Source of the DNA: a virus | Taxonomy: Duplodnaviria; Caudoviricetes | IMG/VR virus record: IMGVR_UViG_3300021400_000552 | Span: 1-64,000 of that record | DNA: 64,000 nt | Strand: one strand, 5' to 3' | In this document: piece by piece, positions 8,340-18,517 of the stretch | Layout of the letters: each line of letters starts with the position of its first letter | How positions within the stretch are numbered: position 1 is the first letter of the stretch | Translations under genes and position numbers: made by a program | Notes under the pieces: model-generated | Told to the model about the DNA's origin: nothing | Seen by the model: the letters and a program-made list of their open reading frames with translations, nothing else | Databases searched by the model: none

Positions 8340-9575
8340 ATTAGTTTTGACTTAACGAGGCAGCCGAACGAAAATGAACGTCAATATATTTGGCGTATTG
8401 CAAATGCTAAGGATGCAGGAGTTATAGATTTAGACTGGGATAGCATTGCAGCTATTATAAATAAAGAATTTCGTAGCGGCGAAGATCAATATTATGGCGA
8501 ATCCGCCTACAGGAAACCGTATTTATGTGCAAAGAAATATTATGAAGATGTATTTGCACATATGAACTCAGATGATTTTATTAGTGACTTGCAGTTTGAA
8601 AAGCGAGAGTTGGAAAAAGAACGGAAAAAGTTACAAACAGAAAAGCTAGAGTATAACAAATGGTTGCGCGAAGAGGCGCGTGATGAGATGTTGCGCGAAA
8701 GCATTGAGACATCGATATGCTCCCTACCCTCGCTTGATGTACTTCCAGAATACAAGATCACAACAAGGCGTAATGATGGAGCGTGGATCCTTGCATTTGG
8801 CGATGCGCATTATGGCGCCGAGTTTGAAATTCGTGGATTATATAATGAACTAATTAATGCATATAGCCCGGAAATATTTGAAGCCCGTATGCTGGAATTA
8901 TTGCGACGAGTAATTGAAGTTGTTGATAAAGAGGATATTGACGAATTATATGTTTTTGATCTGGGTGATCAGATAGATGGTATGTTGCGTATCAGCCAGT
9001 TGATGAAATTGCGTTTTGGTGTGGTTGAATCAACAATTCGTTATGCCGAATATATGTCTAATTGGTTAAATGAATTGTCGCAGCATGTAAATGTGCATTA
9101 TAGGCAATGCTCTGGGAATCATTCTGAATTACGGTTAATTAACAATAAGAAGAATACATTTGAAAAAGAAAATATGGCCGCTGTGATTTATCATTACATT
9201 AAAATGCGACTTGCAAACAACCCTCGTTTTGATATTGATGACAATCCAACCGGCATGATTTTCGAAACTCTGGCCGGTAATAATGTGTTAGCTTTCCACG
9301 GTGAGTCTAAGGATTTAGAGGCAACCCTGAAAGATTTCGTGCAAATTTATGGTATTGATATTGATATTTTAATTGCCGGTCATCTACATCATTCTTATAG
9401 CGAAACAGTTGGTATTAACGTGGACGTTATGAGAACGCCAAGTCTGATTGGTATAGATGATTATTCATTAAAGTTACATAAGACATCGAATGCTGGAGCC
9501 ACTCTATTTAAGATCGAAGATGGTGACGGTAAGACGATGGAGTATCACATTAAGCTGAATAATGTAGAGGGGTGA
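8340..9575 (+). CDS. Calcineurin-like metallophosphoesterase (SPbeta YonJ-like position)
   Basis: GDAHYG, GDQIDG, GNH, FHG, GHLH motifs; frame stays open 74 codons upstream of ATG 8562 to ATT 8340 behind an AAGGAG SD. Confidence 0.85.
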   Translation: MSFDLTRQPNENERQYIWRIANAKDAGVIDLDWDSIAAIINKEFRSGEDQYYGESAYRKPYLCAKKYYEDVFAHMNSDDFISDLQFEKRELEKERKKLQTEKLEYNKWLREEARDEMLRESIETSICSLPSLDVLPEYKITTRRNDGAWILAFGDAHYGAEFEIRGLYNELINAYSPEIFEARMLELLRRVIEVVDKEDIDELYVFDLGDQIDGMLRISQLMKLRFGVVESTIRYAEYMSNWLNELSQHVNVHYRQCSGNHSELRLINNKKNTFEKENMAAVIYHYIKMRLANNPRFDIDDNPTGMIFETLAGNNVLAFHGESKDLEATLKDFVQIYGIDIDILIAGHLHHSYSETVGINVDVMRTPSLIGIDDYSLKLHKTSNAGATLFKIEDGDGKTMEYHIKLNNVEG

Positions 9576-9581
9576 TATCGT

Positions 9582-9854
9582 ATGACTGGTAAAGAATTGG
9601 CGCGTGAAGTATCGCTACGTACGGGGTATTACGCAAATGCATGCCATGCCATCATTCAAGAAGCATTCAAGGTTATGGGTGATACATTGGCGGCTCATGA
9701 GAATATAACGATATCTCACTTTGGTACGTTTAGTGTATATGATAGACAGCCACGCAATCTATATAACCATGTAACACATGAAGTGGATCATATTGATGGA
9801 TATAAATATCCAAAATTTTCACCTTCCGCAACACTCAAAAGGGTTGTGAAGTAG
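9582..9854 (+). CDS. hup: HU/IHF-family DNA-binding protein
   Basis: 90 aa; MTGKELAREV..FGTFSV..R..R..N..T..PKFSPS..LK. Confidence 0.85.
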   Translation: MTGKELAREVSLRTGYYANACHAIIQEAFKVMGDTLAAHENITISHFGTFSVYDRQPRNLYNHVTHEVDHIDGYKYPKFSPSATLKRVVK

Positions 9855-9920
9855 TGAAAGATCAACTGATAATTACTACATTATTGGTTTTGAAATATAT
9901 TGAGAAAAGGAGGTGTAGGC

Positions 9921-11078
9921 GTGCCACCTAAGAAAAAAGCCGTCAAGAGAAGATATCTCGCTAAAAATGACGATGGTGAGGAAATAGTATTTCGCTGTAC
10001 GTGTTGTGGAAAAAAAACAATGACACCACTGCATAATTTTTACAAAGTATCATATTCTAAATCACATAAGGGAAATGATGCATATTCTCATATATGTATT
10101 GAATGTGTAAAAGAATTATTTAATTATTACAGGAATAAATATAGTCAACAAGAGGCTGTAAAAATTATGTGCGCCATGCTTGATGTTCCATATTATAGAA
10201 GCTTATATGAGTCTGTAAATAGACAAAATGATAACTTTAGTTTTGGTTTATATATCAGACAAATTAACGGCAAGCAGTATTCTGGGAAAACTTTCGCACT
10301 TACGCTGCACGATGGTGAGCTTGAGGTAACAAAAAAGGAAGTCGAAGAAGAAGCTGAGGAATTGGCGGAAAGTAATTGGACAGTTGAAGAAAGGCGCGCG
10401 AAAAACGAGGTTAAAAACTTATTGGGGTACGATCCATTTGAGGGTTATGCGCCAAAGGTACGTCGAAAACTATTTACAGAATTACTTGGATATTTGGATG
10501 ATGATGATGTTATTAGCGATAATTATAAAATAGCTCAAATCATTCAGATCATAAATAATAATGAGCAAATCAATAGTTATGACATTGCAATTTCTCGTAT
10601 TGATAAAAGACGTGACATTGATGATGTTAAAACATTGAATACGCTCAAGAAGGAATTGGTCCTGGCAAATGAAAAGATAGCTAAGGAGAACGGTATTTCT
10701 GTCAAATCGCGCGGAGATACACGGGCTGGTAAAGGTTCGCTTACTGGTTTGATGCGCGATATGAGAGATAAGGATATTAATGAGGCTGAGGTAAATTTCT
10801 ATAACCAGTTACAATCAGAGTCGTCAAGATGGGCTGTAGATATTAGTATGCGCAGTATGCTGGATAATGTACAGCTTGGCGAAAATGATGTTAATGATAT
10901 TATTGAAGACCAACGGGCACGCATTGTAAATTTGCAAGACGAAAATGATGTTTTAACTGAAGAGAAACGACTTGCTAAAGTGCGTGAAAATGAGCTGCTA
11001 ATCAAAATTGATAAACTTAAAGAATTGTTAGGTGATGATTTGCCGGACGATTTTTTAGACGGTGATCAAGATGGCTAA
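9921..11078 (+). CDS. Zn-finger/coiled-coil protein preceding the terminase (possible small subunit)
   Basis: CTCC..CIEC; GTG start after AGGAGGT; position upstream of TerL. Confidence 0.55.
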   Translation: MPPKKKAVKRRYLAKNDDGEEIVFRCTCCGKKTMTPLHNFYKVSYSKSHKGNDAYSHICIECVKELFNYYRNKYSQQEAVKIMCAMLDVPYYRSLYESVNRQNDNFSFGLYIRQINGKQYSGKTFALTLHDGELEVTKKEVEEEAEELAESNWTVEERRAKNEVKNLLGYDPFEGYAPKVRRKLFTELLGYLDDDDVISDNYKIAQIIQIINNNEQINSYDIAISRIDKRRDIDDVKTLNTLKKELVLANEKIAKENGISVKSRGDTRAGKGSLTGLMRDMRDKDINEAEVNFYNQLQSESSRWAVDISMRSMLDNVQLGENDVNDIIEDQRARIVNLQDENDVLTEEKRLAKVRENELLIKIDKLKELLGDDLPDDFLDGDQDG

Positions 11079-12912
11079 GCGCAACGTTTTAACGCATGCA
11101 CGTCTGCAATTATATTTAGCAGATGCCAAAACCATAAATTACTGGAGGAGAAACCCAATCATTGCTGCGGAAGACCTATTGGGAATTTATTTGTCTGATG
11201 CTCAGGCGTGGGTTTTAGCGGCCACCTGGAATACTGAGAAAGCTATATGGTCTTGTTGTCGTAACTGGGGAAAGTCATTTATTATTGCGGTTTATAGCAT
11301 TTTAAGAGCGTTATTATATCCAAATCAAAATATTTATATTATTTCTTCGGTTGGTAATCAAGCGAAAGAAACATTTACAAAAATCGAAGAGATTGTCCTT
11401 CGACAAGGACGAACAAGTGAATCAATTCCTGATTTGAAAGACATTGCTATGGGAGAAACTGCTGGTACTGCTACGAATTCATCTGGATTCAAGCATGACC
11501 CAGCAAGCTATAGCGTATCTTTTCATAATGGTTCTAAAATTATGACGCTTAATAGTAAACCAGATAATGCAAGAGGTAAGCGTGCCAATTTACTGGTTTA
11601 CGATGAATGCGCGTTTGTTGACGATGAATTAATAGTCGCAACTACCCCATTCGTTACGCAGGATGCTACTGCTAAATATGGTAAAGATGCGGCTAAAGAT
11701 AAAGATGTTATGACACGTCAACCGTATAACCAAATTATCATGGCGTCCTCACAAAACACCGTTGATGTAACTTTTTATACCGAGTATAAAGCATGTGCAA
11801 AACGTATGCTTGCTGGTGATAAGCGGGTGTTTGTGGCGGATATGCCTTGTGATACTGCCATGCAGATGTATCATCATGGCGAAGAAATACCAGCCTTACT
11901 TTCACAATCCGTCGTAGATGCAGAAATGTCAAAAAATCCAGATAAGGCGCGACGCGAGTATTATAATAAGCCCGATCTAACAGGTGGCGATAATCAAATC
12001 GTTTCATGGATTACTATGCGTAGAGCGGAGCGTCAATTGATACCTTATCAAGAATGTAGAGGGAATAATATAGTGTTGGCATTTGACCCGGCGCGAACTA
12101 ACGATAACTCTATTCTTGGTGCTATGGAATTAGTTGAGGATCAAGATTATGGATTATGCGGAAATGTTATTGGATGTACAAACTTTGTAGATATTGCTAC
12201 AAAGAAAAAGTTTAAGCTTGATTCAAAATTGCAGCTTGAGGGCATTCGAGATATTATTGCTGATTATAACGGAGATAACCCAGATTATGAATTTATCGAT
12301 CAAATATTAATAGATTCTGGTTCTGGTGGTGGTGGCAATTTGTACGCTGATAGTCTGCTAGAGGATTGGGTCGATAAAAATGGACATAGGCATCATGGAT
12401 TTATTGATATGACCAATGAGTTGTATGTGCCATATCGTAGTCGCTATCCTAACGCAGTTGATAAGTTACGGATGATTAGCCCTCGTAAATGGCGTACACA
12501 AATGGTCGAGGAATTTATAGAACTTATGAATCTCGGCGTCATACATTTCCCATATGAATATCAGGGCCAAGAGTTTCTGCAAATGATTGACGGTATTGAC
12601 CCAAAAACTAAAGAAGAACAAACATCTACATATAAATTATCTCAGTTTGAAATGGTTCATCTAGATCAGATAGACCGCATGAAGACTGAGATTTGTTATA
12701 TACATAAAAGTACAAATGCTGAAGGAACGAGCGCTAGTTATGCTCTCGCACGCGAAAAACAAGCTACGATGCATGACGATAGGTTTTATGTCATGATTTT
12801 GATGGCCCACCGTCTTTATGAATTGCGTCGTGGTAAAGCGATGCGTACAACGCGTGAGCAAACACCTAACGCATCGGCATTTATTCAATTTAGAAAACCA
12901 AAACTATTTTAA
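11071..12912 (+). CDS. terL: Terminase large subunit
   Basis: Walker A RNWGKS, Walker B LLVYDE, nuclease LAFDPA and HDDR. Confidence 0.9.
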   Translation: MAKRNVLTHARLQLYLADAKTINYWRRNPIIAAEDLLGIYLSDAQAWVLAATWNTEKAIWSCCRNWGKSFIIAVYSILRALLYPNQNIYIISSVGNQAKETFTKIEEIVLRQGRTSESIPDLKDIAMGETAGTATNSSGFKHDPASYSVSFHNGSKIMTLNSKPDNARGKRANLLVYDECAFVDDELIVATTPFVTQDATAKYGKDAAKDKDVMTRQPYNQIIMASSQNTVDVTFYTEYKACAKRMLAGDKRVFVADMPCDTAMQMYHHGEEIPALLSQSVVDAEMSKNPDKARREYYNKPDLTGGDNQIVSWITMRRAERQLIPYQECRGNNIVLAFDPARTNDNSILGAMELVEDQDYGLCGNVIGCTNFVDIATKKKFKLDSKLQLEGIRDIIADYNGDNPDYEFIDQILIDSGSGGGGNLYADSLLEDWVDKNGHRHHGFIDMTNELYVPYRSRYPNAVDKLRMISPRKWRTQMVEEFIELMNLGVIHFPYEYQGQEFLQMIDGIDPKTKEEQTSTYKLSQFEMVHLDQIDRMKTEICYIHKSTNAEGTSASYALAREKQATMHDDRFYVMILMAHRLYELRRGKAMRTTREQTPNASAFIQFRKPKLF

Positions 12913-12929
12913 GGAAGGAGGAAATACGC

Positions 12930-14483
12930 TTGGCGAAACGTACTACCGCTGTGGTTAATCGACGTATGCGTACAACACCAAAACCTGTAGAGTCAAGTAC
13001 AAAAGATTTCGAGATCGCACGACAGAAATTTTTCGAAGCTTTAAATGGGTTGCAATTCGCTAATCTACTTAAGCAAACCAGTGTCACGTATACGCAATAT
13101 ACGAAAGAAAATTACAGGACGTATGTTCAGAATCCACAGCGAAATGAAAAACAGCTACGTGATATGTCCCAATTTCTGGCGCGCGTATCAACTCCTTACG
13201 TGCGAATATTGAGATATTTCTCAGATATATATGCATTCTATTGGAATTTAACACCCAAAATAAATCCTTTGGAAAAGCCGGAAAGCACTGATTTAATAAC
13301 AAAGTATACTGAAATGTGTGGTGTCATCGAGAATCTTGACCTACCTGTCGAAATGCGAAACGTCATTTATTTTACATTGCGAGATGGTGCTTTTTATGGA
13401 TATCTCTATGAGGATGATGACTCCATATTCATTCACCGATTAAACCCAGATTATTGTAAGCCGGTGGCTATTGAAGATGGAGTCTTTAATTACGCTTTTG
13501 ATTTGGCATATTTTGACAAATATAAAGAGGCGCTTGAAACGTGGGATCCTGAATTCACATCAATGTACAACGCATATACAAGTGATAAAACTAATATGCG
13601 TTGGCAGATTGTGAATCCAGAAAAATCTTTGTGTATGAAAGCGTTTCCAGATTTAGATGAAAATATTCCACTATTTGTTGGTATGTTTGAGGCATTACTT
13701 GATTTAATTGATGCTCGTACACTTCAGCGTAATAAAGATGTTATTCAAAATTATAAGTTGATTTTACAGAAAATCCCATTTTTTGACGCTGGAAGTGCTA
13801 AAGATTTGGACGATTTCAGGTTGCGACTTGAAACAGTGCAGAAATTTGCTGCTCAAATGATGGATAGCGTGCCAGAAGCAGTTGGTGTTGCGACTACACC
13901 AATGGATGTAGAAACCGTTGACTTTAAGCCCGACGATAACTCAAATGATTTGGTGGCTAATTCTATGAAAAATGTATTCAATGATTCCGGCGTATCTATG
14001 ATGTTATTTAATTCTGGGACTTCTGGATCGACCGGCGTTGAGATGTCTGTTAAGGTTGATACATCTTTGGCTTGGACGTATGTGCAATATTTGGAAAGAT
14101 GGTGTCGTCGTTTTATTGCATACAGGACATCGTCTGTAGATTTCAATTTTGAAATTTTGGATGTACATATTTTTAATAAGGATGCGGCTGTGGATCGCGA
14201 ATTAAAACTCGCCCAATCTGGGGTGCCGAATAAAATGAAGTTAGCCGCTTCATCTGGCATGTCCCCTGTCGAGGTTGTTTCAAACCAGATATGGGAAAAT
14301 GAATATTTGCAAATCCATATGAATTGGATCCCGCTGATGACATCATATACCATGTCAAGTGATCAACAAGGGCGTCCGGCAAATGGTGAAACAGACGATG
14401 TAACATCAACTGATACAAATGCAACCACACAGGATTCTGGTGAACAGGAATTAGATGAACCAGTTGAAGGTGCTACCGAATAA
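12930..14483 (+). CDS. Portal protein
   Basis: 517 aa directly after TerL; RDGAFYGY motif; acidic C-terminal tail. Confidence 0.75.
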   Translation: MAKRTTAVVNRRMRTTPKPVESSTKDFEIARQKFFEALNGLQFANLLKQTSVTYTQYTKENYRTYVQNPQRNEKQLRDMSQFLARVSTPYVRILRYFSDIYAFYWNLTPKINPLEKPESTDLITKYTEMCGVIENLDLPVEMRNVIYFTLRDGAFYGYLYEDDDSIFIHRLNPDYCKPVAIEDGVFNYAFDLAYFDKYKEALETWDPEFTSMYNAYTSDKTNMRWQIVNPEKSLCMKAFPDLDENIPLFVGMFEALLDLIDARTLQRNKDVIQNYKLILQKIPFFDAGSAKDLDDFRLRLETVQKFAAQMMDSVPEAVGVATTPMDVETVDFKPDDNSNDLVANSMKNVFNDSGVSMMLFNSGTSGSTGVEMSVKVDTSLAWTYVQYLERWCRRFIAYRTSSVDFNFEILDVHIFNKDAAVDRELKLAQSGVPNKMKLAASSGMSPVEVVSNQIWENEYLQIHMNWIPLMTSYTMSSDQQGRPANGETDDVTSTDTNATTQDSGEQELDEPVEGATE

Positions 14484-14495
14484 GGGGTGATTTAG

Positions 14496-14672
14496 TTGTT
14501 TGTATATACGCGTAATGAGCAGGTGATCGCTCAGCTTGAAAAAGATGGCGCTCCCCTACTCCAAACATTAAGTGATGGAACTAAAGTATTTGTTCTCTCC
14601 CCTACTTCAAATTATTTTTCATATATTCAAAAACCAGAAACAGAAATATCCGACATGCTAACGTTCGGATAA
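14496..14672 (+). CDS. Small hypothetical protein (58 aa, not in ORF track)
   Basis: TTG start after AAGGGGTG; MFVYTRNEQVIAQLEKDGAPLLQ...MLTFG*. Confidence 0.55.
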   Translation: MFVYTRNEQVIAQLEKDGAPLLQTLSDGTKVFVLSPTSNYFSYIQKPETEISDMLTFG

Positions 14673-14720
14673 TTCTTTTTTATATATAAGTATTTTATTT
14701 TTTTTGAAGAAGGGAGGGAA

Positions 14721-16265
14721 ATGACTACCTTGAAAAAGAAAATGCAAATCGAGTTTAGTTCTGCCCTCTCGGACATCGCGGAGGTAAATAAGTCTTTTGA
14801 CTGTGCAAAACTTCGCGTTGCTTATACGGGCAAGAATAGAAATAACTCTTATATTAGTACAGAGGCATTTGAGCATGCTGTACCCACCATGTTTAATGTG
14901 CCGGTTGTAGCCAATTACAATCGTGAGGATGATGAGATTGGTTCGCATGATGGGACATGGATTAAAGATAAAAATGGTGAAGTACAGTATGTGAATATTA
15001 CACAACCAGTCGGCGTTGTTCCTGAATCTGCACAATGGTATTGGGAGGACGTTGATGATGGTGGTGAAATGCACAAGTATTTCTGCACTGAAGTTTTGTT
15101 ATGGAAGCGCCAGGAGGCTTATCAGAAAATCAAAGAAAATGGCGTTACAAAGCATTCAATGGAAATCAGTGTTACAGATGGTGAAATGCTTGATGACTAT
15201 TATAAAATTAATGAATTTCAATACACGGCATTTTGCCTTTTAGGAACGGCTACGCCGTGTTTTGAAAGCAGCTCATTATTTACTTTCTCCGCTGAGGAGC
15301 AAGAAGAATTTAAGCTGCAATATACGCAGATGCTGGAAGAATTAAAGGAGCTTGGCAGTTCCTATTCGGAGAAAGAGAAGGAGGCTAACTTGAAGCTAAA
15401 AGAACTTCTTGAACAGTATTCTGTATCAATGGAGGATGTCGGGTTTGAAGTTGAAGGCTTATCTGACGAGGAACTTGAGGCCAAGTTCGCAGAGGTTTTC
15501 GCGGATGGAGACGACGCATCTGATGGCAACGCCGATCAAGAATCAACAGATGACGGTGATGCAGATGATATCGACTATGACAACGAAGAAGATGGCGGCG
15601 AAGGCGAAGGTACAATTAAGCAACCAAAAGAATTCGTTTTAGACTCTCAAATGCGAGATAGCCTTCATGCTGCTGTTGAAGGACTAGGCGAGATTGAACG
15701 TGAATGGGGATCTTATCCTCGCTATTGTCTGGCTGATTATGACGCAGATGTACAGGAAGTCTACTTCATTGATCTTGAGGACTATAAACTATATGGATGT
15801 GGTTTTGAGTTTGATGGAGACGACATTGTTTTTGATACGGAAAATATTAAACGTAAAAAATATCAAATCGTTGACTACATTGAAGGTGGTAGCGAGCAAG
15901 AATTCGCTCTCGGTGATATTTTTGATATGTTTGATCAAGTATATGTTAAAGATCCAATCGATGCTAATGAATTTAAGCGTTTACAGGATTTTGAGGCAAA
16001 TGTATTAAAAGAAAAGCGCGAGGATGAAGAAAATAAGCTATTTGCTGAATTTGAAGATCAATTAAAAGAAAACGAAAGCTTTGTAGCTTTGAAGAAAAAT
16101 GCTGCAGATTATACAATCGATGCACTTCGAAAAGAGCTCTTTGCTTTAATCGGACAGATGCAGTTTACGGTTAAGGATACCAAACCGGCACCGGGCATTG
16201 TGTTCGAAGATAAACCTAAAAACTCTTCCATGAGAAAATTGTTTGCATGGAAGGATGCTGAATAA
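14721..16265 (+). CDS. Prohead protease/scaffold protein
   Basis: GKNRN.SYIS, IGSH, KHSMEI, P.FE motifs followed by an acidic coiled region; lies between portal and capsid. Confidence 0.7.
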   Translation: MTTLKKKMQIEFSSALSDIAEVNKSFDCAKLRVAYTGKNRNNSYISTEAFEHAVPTMFNVPVVANYNREDDEIGSHDGTWIKDKNGEVQYVNITQPVGVVPESAQWYWEDVDDGGEMHKYFCTEVLLWKRQEAYQKIKENGVTKHSMEISVTDGEMLDDYYKINEFQYTAFCLLGTATPCFESSSLFTFSAEEQEEFKLQYTQMLEELKELGSSYSEKEKEANLKLKELLEQYSVSMEDVGFEVEGLSDEELEAKFAEVFADGDDASDGNADQESTDDGDADDIDYDNEEDGGEGEGTIKQPKEFVLDSQMRDSLHAAVEGLGEIEREWGSYPRYCLADYDADVQEVYFIDLEDYKLYGCGFEFDGDDIVFDTENIKRKKYQIVDYIEGGSEQEFALGDIFDMFDQVYVKDPIDANEFKRLQDFEANVLKEKREDEENKLFAEFEDQLKENESFVALKKNAADYTIDALRKELFALIGQMQFTVKDTKPAPGIVFEDKPKNSSMRKLFAWKDAE

Positions 16266-16286
16266 ACCATTGGGAGGAATTACATA

Positions 16287-16817
16287 ATGGCAAGAACTAA
16301 GTATGGTTATGCCGAGTCTTCCAACATTAAGGCTACGATTGCTGGTCACACAAGAAGTGCTGTTAATGATGACCTGGCAATTGAAAACGGTACTCTTTGG
16401 AAGCTCGGTGCTAAAACAACTGGCAGCGATGAAATTTATAATGTAACGAAGCCGTCCGCTGGTGATAAGGTGTGGCTGGCTTTGTCCGCTCTGTATTCGT
16501 ATGATACATCCAGCACTCTGGGACAGCATGAAATGTTCTTAAGAAAAGAGGCTGGTGAAGCTGCTAGAATTTATGAATTAGTAGAAAATGATAGATTCGC
16601 CGTTGCTGATTATATGATCACGCCGGTTACATCTGGTGGTGCGCCGAAGGTTGGAAACTACGTTAAGGCTGATCCGGCCACCGGTAAGTATACGGAGATT
16701 GCTGCTTCTACTTCCACGGATTCTCTTGGCTTTGTGGCAGAGATTCAGTCGCTGGAGTATAAGTCCAATCTGACAATCGTTAGACTGCGCGTTATTAAGA
16801 ACGAGCAGGTTGCTTAA
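16287..16817 (+). CDS. Head decoration/structural protein
   Basis: Immediately before the major capsid gene; strong SD; IENG motif. Confidence 0.55.
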   Translation: MARTKYGYAESSNIKATIAGHTRSAVNDDLAIENGTLWKLGAKTTGSDEIYNVTKPSAGDKVWLALSALYSYDTSSTLGQHEMFLRKEAGEAARIYELVENDRFAVADYMITPVTSGGAPKVGNYVKADPATGKYTEIAASTSTDSLGFVAEIQSLEYKSNLTIVRLRVIKNEQVA

Positions 16818-16847
16818 TTGGAGCGGTAAGGAAAGGAGATAAACATA

Positions 16848-17870
16848 ATGAAAGACATTACGATTCTTATGACCAACACTGCTCTGGGTAAGCAGGTTGA
16901 AAATTATAGCCTTGAAGATTCCAACACAGCTATCAGAAAGTATTTTGAGACTGAGCTTGGAATCCCAGAGGGCTGCAAGGATATGAGAGTTATTAAAAAG
17001 GCTCTCAGAAGAAACAAGGTTAGATTCTTTGAGATTATCGAAGAGACTGTTGAAAACTTACTGACATCTGGATGGAGAGAGAATGAATTCTTTGATCAGT
17101 TCGTAGAGTTTAGAAATCTTGCTTTAGGCGAGCAGAATCTGTTTTATGTACCAGATGATTCTATCCTGACTGTTTCTGAGTTTTCTGGCGATAGAAACGA
17201 CTTAATCAGACAGAAGCTTGGTGCTGGCTCTGAGTATGTTGTTAAGACCCGTGCTTATGGTATCAAGATTTATGATGAGTATGTTAGATTCCAGATGGGC
17301 ATCATTGATTGGGCTGGATTCACAAACAAGATGTACGAAGCAATTGATAAGAAGATCAATGATGAAATCTACGGAGCATTCCTGAAGCTGGATACCATTG
17401 TACCGGCCGGATTTGGTAAGACTGGTGCTTTAACCAAGGATAACGTTCTGGATTTAGCTGAGGCTGTTAGTATCGCTAATGGTGGTGAAGATATTACGAT
17501 CTGCGGAACTAGAACAGCTATCAGCAAGCTTATGGGTCTGACTGAGTCTGGATGGATTTCCAACCAGATGAAGGAGCAGAGAAATACGACTGGCGCCGTT
17601 GCATATTTTGAAGGTATTGAGATTATGGTTGTTTCCAATGTCTTTGAACATGGAACAACGACCAAGAAGTATGCAGATGACACTCTGTATTTCTTACCGA
17701 AGAGCGATACAAAGCCGATTAAGTTTGTTTATGAAGGCGATATGGAATATACTGAGGATACCGATAGAACTACAAGAGTTGACCAGACAATTGAGGCTAT
17801 GATTCAGTTTAGAGCTGGTATGGCAACTGTCTTTGGTAGATATTTTGGTACCTATAAGTTTACTTCCTAA
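16848..17870 (+). CDS. Major capsid protein
   Basis: 340 aa, position, biased codon usage, terminator downstream. Confidence 0.75.
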   Translation: MKDITILMTNTALGKQVENYSLEDSNTAIRKYFETELGIPEGCKDMRVIKKALRRNKVRFFEIIEETVENLLTSGWRENEFFDQFVEFRNLALGEQNLFYVPDDSILTVSEFSGDRNDLIRQKLGAGSEYVVKTRAYGIKIYDEYVRFQMGIIDWAGFTNKMYEAIDKKINDEIYGAFLKLDTIVPAGFGKTGALTKDNVLDLAEAVSIANGGEDITICGTRTAISKLMGLTESGWISNQMKEQRNTTGAVAYFEGIEIMVVSNVFEHGTTTKKYADDTLYFLPKSDTKPIKFVYEGDMEYTEDTDRTTRVDQTIEAMIQFRAGMATVFGRYFGTYKFTS

Positions 17871-17882
17871 TTAAAAATACGC

Positions 17883-17909
17883 GGGCGAGCTTAATGCTCG
17901 CCCATTTTT
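17883..17909 (+). terminator. Rho-independent terminator
   Basis: GGGCGAGC-ttaat-GCTCGCCC-ATTTTT. Confidence 0.8.
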
Positions 17910-17937
17910 ATAATAGCGAAAAGGAGTTTTGAAATAA

Positions 17938-18504
17938 ATGGCTGAAGAGAAAAAGACAAAGGCAAAGTCAACTGCGAAAAAACCGGCGGCGAGGAAGGCC
18001 GCAGCAAAGAAGCCTGCAGAGCCCGCTCCAGCGCCACAGCTAGCCGAAAAGAAATTTGATATGACAACGCCAATTAGATGTCGCAGCGTTAGACAAAATG
18101 ATTTAATCTATAAAGCTACGAATGGCATTATTTATACATGGAATGGATTTGGAGACATTAGAGAGCTCCCCTATCAAGAGGTTCTTTCTATGAAAAGTCG
18201 TAGATCTTCATTCTTATATGAACCATGGTTGATTATTGAAGATGAGGATTTGTTAAAGACCAAAGAGTTTGCTGGTGAATTTGATAAAATGTATCAGGTT
18301 TATAGCGACTTTGAAGATCCAAGAACATTTTTTAATAGAAAGCCTAGTGAAATTCGTAAGGTATTAGAAGATGCTCCGAATGGCCTAAAAGATTTAATTA
18401 TGTATAATGCTGGTGACTATATTACTAATGGTACGCTTGATAGTATCGGAGTGATTAACGCTATTGATGATGTCCTTGGCACTCAGTTAAAAATGTTGTT
18501 GTAA
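17938..18504 (+). CDS. Hypothetical head-associated protein with Lys/Ala/Pro-rich N-terminus
   Basis: KKPAARKAAAKKPAEPAPAP; AAGGAG SD. Confidence 0.6.
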   Translation: MAEEKKTKAKSTAKKPAARKAAAKKPAEPAPAPQLAEKKFDMTTPIRCRSVRQNDLIYKATNGIIYTWNGFGDIRELPYQEVLSMKSRRSSFLYEPWLIIEDEDLLKTKEFAGEFDKMYQVYSDFEDPRTFFNRKPSEIRKVLEDAPNGLKDLIMYNAGDYITNGTLDSIGVINAIDDVLGTQLKMLL

Positions 18505-18517
18505 GGAGGTGTAGCTA

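Noticed and set aside
4960-12912. Inteins in RNAP or terminase
   Set aside because: Sizes are ordinary and no C..HN-C/S/T splice junctions or LAGLIDADG blocks were seen
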